Virus record (IMG/VR): IMGVR_UViG_3300045988_121094 | Span: 1 to 37,061 of that record | Direction: 5' to 3' (one strand) | Source: a virus | Length of the DNA: 37,061 nucleotides | Part shown: positions 14,946 to 21,786 of the stretch, one piece after another | Layout: each line of letters opens with the position of its first letter | How positions within the stretch are numbered: the first letter of the stretch is position 1 | Notes under the pieces: generated by a model | Database searches by the model: none | Seen by the model: only the letters and a program-made list of their open reading frames with translations | Told to the model about the DNA's origin: nothing | Translations under genes and position numbers: made by a program

Positions 14946-14950
14946 TACAA
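14922..14950 (-). promoter_or_regulatory. Promoter of the small-protein operon (TTGTAA-17 nt-TATAAT)
   Basis: Minus-strand TTGTAA (14945-14950) and TATAAT (14922-14927), 17 nt upstream of the RBS/ATG at 14904. Confidence 0.55.
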
Positions 14951-14993
14951 TACTTTTTATGTATTTTTTTCTATTTTTATCTATTAATTTTAG

Positions 14994-15037
14994 ACAAAAA
15001 AAGGGCTAGTAAGTAAGATTTCTCCTACCTACTAGCC
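14994..15037 (-). terminator. Strong rho-independent terminator after the endolysin gene
   Basis: 12-bp stem ggctagtaagta / tacctactagcc. The single mismatch is G-U on minus-strand RNA. Followed by TTTTTTTT. Confidence 0.8.
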
Positions 15038-15044
15038 TTAATAA

Positions 15045-15959
15045 TTATCTATTTATTGTTGCATTTTTTCTTATATATGCTCTAGCACCATCTATGTCAA
15101 GTGCGTAATACCCGCTCATTTCAAATCTTGCAGTTATTAATTCTCCTGCATAGAAAGGTTTAATTTCCTTTGACCATACTCTGCATGGATATTCTGTTAC
15201 TTGTAGTCTAAACCTTCTATATCTTTCATCAGTAACTCCTAAAAGCTTAACATTTGCTTTTTCTACCCAGCAACGCTTACCATCTAATTCTATTGCATAA
15301 GCCCATTGATTTTCTGCATCTGCGGTTAATAAATCACCTTTGTTAAATATTTTTACTTCTCCATCATATGTCATAGCATCACTTTTCATTTTTAAAGGTA
15401 AAGGAAATTTACTAACTTCTATTTTATTACCGCTTATTGCTTCTGCTATAGCCTTGCCAACCACATCTGCTCCAAGTTTATTATATAAAGCCACATCTTC
15501 TGTAGCTTCTACAAAGCACACCTCTACAATAACACTAGCCATCTTAGTTGCTTTTAATTCATACAAGTCACTTCTTTCCTTGACTCCTCTATTTACGAAT
15601 CCTAAAGCACCTATAGCATTAACTATTCTTTGTGCAACTTCTTCATCTAGCTTAATAGCATCACTTTTGCTGTATACCCATGTTTCTGTTCCTATAGCAC
15701 CATTATAGCTATTGTAAGCTTTGTTAAAGTGTATAGAGATAAATATGTCTGCACCCCAAGAATTAGCCTTAGAAACGCCATACACAAGGTCATTATCTTT
15801 ATCCATATTTCCTGGAGTAACATCTAAAACCTCGTGTCCTAGTTGTTTTAAGTATTTAATCAATGCATCTTTTACTTTTCTATCTTCTACAACTTCATCT
15901 ATTAAAGCTTTTGCTCCTGTTGCTAAGAAGTTATGTCCTCCCCTTACTGCTATTTTCAT
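15045..15959 (-). CDS. Endolysin: N-acetylmuramoyl-L-alanine amidase (Amidase_3-type) with C-terminal wall-binding region
   Basis: MKIAVRGGHN...DIFISIHFN...VIVEVCFV pattern. The C-terminal ~120 aa look like two SH3-like repeats (inference). Position after the holin. Confidence 0.85.
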   Translation of the reverse strand: MKIAVRGGHNFLATGAKALIDEVVEDRKVKDALIKYLKQLGHEVLDVTPGNMDKDNDLVYGVSKANSWGADIFISIHFNKAYNSYNGAIGTETWVYSKSDAIKLDEEVAQRIVNAIGALGFVNRGVKERSDLYELKATKMASVIVEVCFVEATEDVALYNKLGADVVGKAIAEAISGNKIEVSKFPLPLKMKSDAMTYDGEVKIFNKGDLLTADAENQWAYAIELDGKRCWVEKANVKLLGVTDERYRRFRLQVTEYPCRVWSKEIKPFYAGELITARFEMSGYYALDIDGARAYIRKNATINR

Positions 15960-16008
15960 TTAACATCAATCCTTTCATAAATTAATTGTTGAAATAGAAA
16001 GAACAGGA

Positions 16009-16215
16009 TTAATCCTGCTCCTTAGTAGATTTTACTGTGCCTTTTACTGTAGATTGTCCAAAATAAAAAGATACAATCATTATTGCTACAGTTGTAAATT
16101 GCTCTGTACTTACTACTTCTCTAGCACTTAGAATACAAAATACTGTTATAACTAATAATGCTATAATCTTTTTAACTTCTATAAGACTTGTTATTTTAGT
16201 TACTAATTTACTCAT
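16009..16215 (-). CDS. Holin (68 aa, two TM segments, charged C-terminus)
   Basis: IIALLVITVFCILSA and FTTVAIMIVSFYFG, tail ..KGTVKSTKEQD. Immediately upstream of the endolysin. Confidence 0.7.
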   Translation of the reverse strand: MSKLVTKITSLIEVKKIIALLVITVFCILSAREVVSTEQFTTVAIMIVSFYFGQSTVKGTVKSTKEQD

Positions 16216-16220
16216 GCTAT

Positions 16221-16430
16221 CTATCTCCTTTCATGTTCAAATTTATTTTTAATTTCTTTAACATCTTCTTTAATATCTTCTACTACATTAAATTTTTCCG
16301 CTAATGTATCTAATAGATCCTGATATCTTTTCTCTCTTTCTCCTGTTGTTTTAAGAACATATAGTAATAGGAATACAAATAATGCATATCCCAATCCCTG
16401 TCCTATTGCTGCTTGCATCAATTCATCCAT
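16221..16430 (-). CDS. BhlA/UviB-family holin-like protein
   Basis: One TM (GLGYALFVFLLLYVLK) then ..REKRYQDLLDTLAEKFNVVEDIKEDVKEIKNKF, resembling UviB/BhlA. Confidence 0.6.
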   Translation of the reverse strand: MDELMQAAIGQGLGYALFVFLLLYVLKTTGEREKRYQDLLDTLAEKFNVVEDIKEDVKEIKNKFEHERR

Positions 16431-16500
16431 AATTCACCTTCTTTTGCAAAATAAAAAAGAGCCTACAACTGTAAACTCTTTAAAACTTTTATATTATGTT

Positions 16501-16947
16501 TTACTCATTTTCTTTAGCTGGTGCTTTTATTTCTGGTACTTCAATCGGATTCTTTTTCATTTCTTCTTGCCTTCTTTGCTCAATTGCCTCTGGACTTGTA
16601 GCTTTATTTATTGCTTGTTGTGCATTAGAGTTAGCTTGATTAATAGCTGCTTGTAACTCATTTGCCTGTTGTAGTTTTGCATCTGCAATAGCTGAATCAT
16701 ATTCTGCTTTTAGATTTTTCATTTGCAAATCTGTATCTTCCTTAATCTTTTTTATTTCTTCTTGTAATCTTATATCAAACTCTTCTTGTGCTTCAATTTT
16801 AGCTTCTTCTTTCATTTGATAGTAAAGTTCAGAATTATTTCTTTCTGTTGCTACTGTTCCCATTGGTTTAAATACTAATGCACTAATTCCAACACCAGCC
16901 ACTAAAGTAATAATAATACTTATAATGATATTTTTACTAACTCTCAT
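16501..16947 (-). CDS. Membrane-anchored coiled-coil protein (148 aa)
   Basis: N-terminal TM IIISIIITLVAGVGISALVF, then an E/K/Q/A-rich helix. Confidence 0.5.
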   Translation of the reverse strand: MRVSKNIIISIIITLVAGVGISALVFKPMGTVATERNNSELYYQMKEEAKIEAQEEFDIRLQEEIKKIKEDTDLQMKNLKAEYDSAIADAKLQQANELQAAINQANSNAQQAINKATSPEAIEQRRQEEMKKNPIEVPEIKAPAKENE

Positions 16948-16959
16948 AATTACCCTCCT

Positions 16960-16995
16960 AAAATATGTATATATATTATATTATATACATATTTT
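16960..16995. repeat. AT-only inverted repeat, 14-bp arms
   Basis: aaaatatgtatata (16960-16973) pairs with tatatacatatttt (16982-16995). Confidence 0.7.
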
Positions 16996-17012
16996 AATGA
17001 GAAGTTAAGTCC

Positions 17013-17201
17013 TTATAATCTTTCTGTTATTTTATTTTCTAATTGCTTGATTAAATTCTTAGTATCATCATCTAAAACTATAAAGCTTTCCTTTTTATTA
17101 CTAGATGTAATAGTTCCTTGCTCGTCTACTTCACTATAAGTATGTGTTATTCTATATCCTACACTATCCTTAATGACAGCAAATCCTGTTAATATCCTCA
17201 T
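17013..17201 (-). CDS. Hypothetical protein (62 aa)
   Basis: Track ORF abutting the tail protein stop. Confidence 0.45.
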   Translation of the reverse strand: MRILTGFAVIKDSVGYRITHTYSEVDEQGTITSSNKKESFIVLDDDTKNLIKQLENKITERL

Positions 17202-20200
17202 TTATATCACCTCCATTAAAACTTCTTCTAATTTAAAATCTAATTCTTGAAGCAATATGTCTTCACTTGTTTTTACTAATAAATCCTCTTCTGTGAAGAC
17301 TGGTGTGCTATCTAAATATCCATCTATATCTGGTTGATCTAGCCTTACATTTTCATACGCTACTCTTTTAGCCTTTAACTCCCAACTAAATTTAGAATTA
17401 TTTTCTCCGTACACAATAAAATAATTATTATATCTTTCTATCTTATTTATTTTACCTTCGTAAACTTGAGTAAACACATGATATTCAACATTAGTGTTTA
17501 TACATTCTTGTAGTATATCATCTATCCATACAATACATTCTCCATCTTTTATTGTTCCACTTCCAATATCTCCAAAGAAATACTCTGCTGTTTCATAGGC
17601 ATTAATCAAACGCTCTCCGTAATGTTCTGTAGATTGTAGAGAGTTTTTAGAACCACTAGCTGCAAAATTTCCATTAATATAAGTGTTCGTACCTAAATTT
17701 ATAGGATAGTTATTACCAGCCAATATATACATCAAAACACCTCCGGTATTGCTTTGTATCATAAATCCATCGTCAATACCATTAACAGAAACTTGCATTG
17801 CGAGTACATTTTTAGAACTATTTTTACCTTTGAATATTCTTGGTGTTGTTGCGTTATAAGCTGCTTCAAAGTATAGTGTATCCGGCACATAAACTCTATT
17901 TTGCAAATTAACAGCCGAATTAAATACTGCACTCTCAAGTACTCTTATAGGTGCTGGATAAGCAGGATTTTTAGCATACTTATCAAATACAATATAAGAA
18001 TCATAGCCAGTACTAGTTTTATATCCTATTGTCATATATCCCTCAGTATGGTGTGCAAAAGAGAACCCTCTTACATTGGGATAATTGGATAAATAAGAAC
18101 TATATATTATTCCAAGCTCTCTTCCATTACGTTCCCAATCGTAAAAATAAATATTAGTATCTTGGATTTTTATTGCATCTACGTTGTTCCAATTCTTATT
18201 TACAAATGTACCTGTAATAGTTAAGTTCCCATTTGTATCACTTGACATAACATTAGTTCCAGCTTTATTTTGTATCTTTATAGCACCATTTTTAACTGTA
18301 AACCCTGTCTTATCCATAACAAATTGTGTAGTAGTTATACTACTTGTACCAGAATTTATTGCACTACTTATTGTTGTTGTAAGAGATGTTGCTGTTAACT
18401 TACTTTCTGCTGTACTTACTCTACTTGTTAAATTTGTTACATTACCATTTATAGTACTTACTGTACTCTCTGTAGAACTTACTCTTTGGGTTATAGAACT
18501 TAAATTAGCTTCTATACTTGCTACTTTATTATTTGTTGTAGTTAGTTTAGTATCTACTGTAGAGATAGCTTGGTCAACATCTTCGGGTGCAGGTGTCCAA
18601 TCAGTAGCCTTAGTTCCATTTTCAACCTTAAACATTTTCCATTGAACAGAACCACTTTGAATATAATCATGTCTTATACTAACACTCCAATATGAGTTTT
18701 TTAAATGATTTTCATGTATTTTGAAACTATACAAAAACTCATGTTCACCACTTCCAGATAGTGTTTTCTGAGGTGAACCATCAAATCTACCTGAGTTCCA
18801 ATCAGTTACATCACCACTACCTTGAATCACACATTTTGCTGTTTGTCCAGTAGTAGAAACAATATTTGTATATTTATATAGCAACCTAACAGTTAAGGTA
18901 TCCCCCACCTTTAGCCCCCTTGTAAGAACTCCTGCCAATACAACAATTTTATTGGTTCCCCCATCAAAGGAAGTGAATGGGGGTGAATATTCATTTGAAG
19001 TTTTTTGTGCTAAGTTTCTACCACCTATCTGTATATTATTAACTGCATTATTAACTATAGTATTTACTTCTGTAGATTCTACTTTTAAATCTATTTTATT
19101 ATTAAGTTGAGTAATTGAACCTTGTATTGTAGATACATTATTATTTAAAGTCCCTATAGAACTTGTGTGACTTGCTACTGTTGTATTAATTCCATCTACT
19201 GTAGCTTTAATACTTGTATAGTTATCTTTTAAGGTAGTTACATCACTTTTAGTTATAGCACTTTCTTTTATTATTCCTTCTATATTCCCCTGTGCTATTG
19301 ATATTGAAGTTGTATTAGCTTCTATTCTCTCATCAAATCCATTTACGCTTGATTTAAGAGAATTAAAGGCAACATCTAAGCTTTGTCCAGTAAGGTCTAT
19401 TGCTACTTTGGATGCTTGTATTAAGCTTGTATTAGTATCTTTATTAAGTCCAGTTACTAAAGAAGTATAATTAATCTGTTGCTCTCCTATCGCATTATCT
19501 GCTACCATATTAGACTTGATTAATTTATCTGCAATAGCGTTTTCTTTTATTCCATATCCATCTATTAATGTAGTAGTTCCATCTGCTGCTATTAATATAA
19601 AATTAAAATCTCCTGCAGTATCTTGTCCTAGTTGTAACCTTACCTTATTAGCTTTATCTTTAAATTGCATTGTAGGACCTACTATAGAAAGTCCTCCATC
19701 TGCAGAAGCTAAATTAATTGTATTAGTATCTATAGTTCCTGCTTTTAATTTATTTAAGCTTAAGCTATCTATCATAGCATCTTTAATTACTGCATTAGCT
19801 ATTACTACATTATCTGTTGTAAGATTTAAAAATTGTCCATTTTCTCCTGTTACAAACTTAGCTAGTAAGGTTTGTAGGTCCATTATAGTACCACTTGCTG
19901 TATCAAATTTTATGTTGCCTGCTGTTAAATCTCCTATATAAGCTACATCTATTAAAGCTTTATTTATAAGAGCCAGTTCCATTACAACTCTTTCTATTTT
20001 CTTAGCTGTACTTCCGCTACTAGAAAAGCTATTTTTATTTTTAGTTTCTCCCTTTGCTCCTATCTCACTTGTAAGTCCACCTGTATAAGTGAACTTTTGA
20101 GATAATATAGGATGTTTTCTTACTACTCCTTTTTTATCAGTTATGGTTACTATATCTCCTACATCTAAAGATAAATCTCCTTGCCATTTCAAAGAATATC

Positions 20201-21008
20201 CTAAGTATTCAAAACCATTTAACTTAGTGTAAATATCATTCAATATTGCTGCCGTTACCCAAGGATTTTCAAATTCTAACTCCATAGAATCTACTCCTAA
20301 GCTACCTTTACTTAAGACTTCTTCTCCTGCTTGGCAAGATATTTTCCCTATTTTATATTTAGTTTCTTCTCTTTTATAATCTCCTATAAAATAATTAGAT
20401 GTTCCTATAGGGTAATTAATATCTTTAGGAGTTACTATAGTAAATTTACCATCACGAGTTATAATTGCATTCCCTCCACATATACTTGCCACATATGAAA
20501 GAATTTCTCTACAAGAAAACCCCTCCAATTTCTTAACATTATAAGACGGAAGGGTTCCTGTAAATTCTACTCCTGTTATTCTATTTAATTCACTTACTAC
20601 TTGTTGCAATGTCAATGTATCGCCTAAAGTAGTTGAAAAGTTTCTTTCAAACTTCATCATATTATCAAAAGCAGTTATTTTAATTGTATAGTCAGTTTTT
20701 TCTATATCATCAATGTTATATATACCAATAGGAATATACTCTACTGTAGAGCCTATTTTTAACCCTATTTCTACTTTTATAGTACTGGTACCATATACAA
20801 TATCTCCTTTATTAAGTAGTGTTAAATCAAGAGTTTGGCTAGTTGTAGCGCCTATCATAAATCCGTCAGAAGGTTGTATATTACCATCTATTATAATATC
20901 TACAATATCCTCATTTTTATAGACTTTATCTAGTATTGTAACCTTACATTCAAAACTTCTTGCTGATTCCTTTATTGCTGTTTTATAAGCTGTACTTGTT
21001 GTATAAAT
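17202..21008 (-). CDS. Tail-associated / receptor-binding protein (about 1,270 aa), probable ATT start
   Basis: The N-terminus resembles the prophage-tail/minor-structural-protein family. Has S/T/N-rich coiled-coil repeats and a mid domain IGGRNL...NGTKATDWTPAPEDV. The conserved N-terminal sequence extends upstream of the track ATG (20858) to ATT ATT after AAAGGAGGGAGA. Confidence 0.8.
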   Translation of the reverse strand: MYTTSTAYKTAIKESARSFECKVTILDKVYKNEDIVDIIIDGNIQPSDGFMIGATTSQTLDLTLLNKGDIVYGTSTIKVEIGLKIGSTVEYIPIGIYNIDDIEKTDYTIKITAFDNMMKFERNFSTTLGDTLTLQQVVSELNRITGVEFTGTLPSYNVKKLEGFSCREILSYVASICGGNAIITRDGKFTIVTPKDINYPIGTSNYFIGDYKREETKYKIGKISCQAGEEVLSKGSLGVDSMELEFENPWVTAAILNDIYTKLNGFEYLGYSLKWQGDLSLDVGDIVTITDKKGVVRKHPILSQKFTYTGGLTSEIGAKGETKNKNSFSSSGSTAKKIERVVMELALINKALIDVAYIGDLTAGNIKFDTASGTIMDLQTLLAKFVTGENGQFLNLTTDNVVIANAVIKDAMIDSLSLNKLKAGTIDTNTINLASADGGLSIVGPTMQFKDKANKVRLQLGQDTAGDFNFILIAADGTTTLIDGYGIKENAIADKLIKSNMVADNAIGEQQINYTSLVTGLNKDTNTSLIQASKVAIDLTGQSLDVAFNSLKSSVNGFDERIEANTTSISIAQGNIEGIIKESAITKSDVTTLKDNYTSIKATVDGINTTVASHTSSIGTLNNNVSTIQGSITQLNNKIDLKVESTEVNTIVNNAVNNIQIGGRNLAQKTSNEYSPPFTSFDGGTNKIVVLAGVLTRGLKVGDTLTVRLLYKYTNIVSTTGQTAKCVIQGSGDVTDWNSGRFDGSPQKTLSGSGEHEFLYSFKIHENHLKNSYWSVSIRHDYIQSGSVQWKMFKVENGTKATDWTPAPEDVDQAISTVDTKLTTTNNKVASIEANLSSITQRVSSTESTVSTINGNVTNLTSRVSTAESKLTATSLTTTISSAINSGTSSITTTQFVMDKTGFTVKNGAIKIQNKAGTNVMSSDTNGNLTITGTFVNKNWNNVDAIKIQDTNIYFYDWERNGRELGIIYSSYLSNYPNVRGFSFAHHTEGYMTIGYKTSTGYDSYIVFDKYAKNPAYPAPIRVLESAVFNSAVNLQNRVYVPDTLYFEAAYNATTPRIFKGKNSSKNVLAMQVSVNGIDDGFMIQSNTGGVLMYILAGNNYPINLGTNTYINGNFAASGSKNSLQSTEHYGERLINAYETAEYFFGDIGSGTIKDGECIVWIDDILQECINTNVEYHVFTQVYEGKINKIERYNNYFIVYGENNSKFSWELKAKRVAYENVRLDQPDIDGYLDSTPVFTEEDLLVKTSEDILLQELDFKLEEVLMEVI

Positions 21009-21041
21009 AATTCTCCCTCCTTTCTTAGATTTTAGAAGGAC

Positions 21042-21416
21042 CTACTTAAACATATAATCTATAACCATTAATTCTCCTGGAGTAATATTTATATCTACAT
21101 TAACTTTCTCTAAATCTATAACATGAATATCTACTTCTGTTTCTATTTCTAAAATTTCTTTTAGATCCTTATTAAAACTATCAATATCTAATATATTAAT
21201 AGTTCCATCTTCCTTAGTTTTTAATTTCCCTTCTTCATCTTTCTCTCCATACTTCTCTATTAGCTTTTGTCTTTCCTTGTTATATACAGTTAATTCTCTA
21301 TCTATTTTTGTTATATTTTTAGATAATGCATAACTAAGTTTGATAGGTAACTCCATTTGTGTTAATTTACTTAAAACACCTATACTATTTACTAAATTTT
21401 CATTACTTAATTTCAT
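21042..21416 (-). CDS. Hypothetical tail-module protein (124 aa)
   Basis: Track ORF between the distal-tail-position gene and the tail fibre gene. Confidence 0.5.
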   Translation of the reverse strand: MKLSNENLVNSIGVLSKLTQMELPIKLSYALSKNITKIDRELTVYNKERQKLIEKYGEKDEEGKLKTKEDGTINILDIDSFNKDLKEILEIETEVDIHVIDLEKVNVDINITPGELMVIDYMFK

Positions 21417-21428
21417 TTAATATTCCTC

Positions 21429-21782
21429 CTACTTCTCTATAAAATTCATTTTTAACCCTTGCCATTTAACTTCTCCATCAATAAAAGAATATGCAGGAGC
21501 TGTTCTATCTCCTACATACATTGTTTTAGTTACCATACCACTCATTGGATCTGGAAAAGTAACAGTAAAAAAAACACTACTTACAGCACTAAGTAATGTT
21601 TGTATTTCTGCTTGGGTTAATGGTCCCCACTCTAAATTTAATTTTCTTTTTACTGCTATTCTATCTCTTATCATTTCTCCATTTGCATTACGATTTGTTT
21701 CCCCATCTAAATCAGTTACAGTTGCTTCATATGTTTTAGGAGTAGCAATATCTACTCCATTAATCTTTATCAATATCACCAC
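21429..21782 (-). CDS. Small tail component in the distal-tail position (117 aa; start uncertain, GTG/TTG)
   Basis: Directly follows the tape measure. The RBS GAGGAG abuts the first GTG, so TTG at 21773 is an alternative start. Confidence 0.5.
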   Translation of the reverse strand: MVILIKINGVDIATPKTYEATVTDLDGETNRNANGEMIRDRIAVKRKLNLEWGPLTQAEIQTLLSAVSSVFFTVTFPDPMSGMVTKTMYVGDRTAPAYSFIDGEVKWQGLKMNFIEK

Positions 21783-21786
21783 TCCT

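Noticed and set aside
14828-15016. Plus-strand 62-aa ORF (GTG start, poly-Phe run) across the small-operon promoter region
   Set aside because: It overlaps the better-supported minus-strand 48-aa gene, the palindromic promoter and the endolysin terminator. It has no Shine-Dalgarno and is low-complexity.
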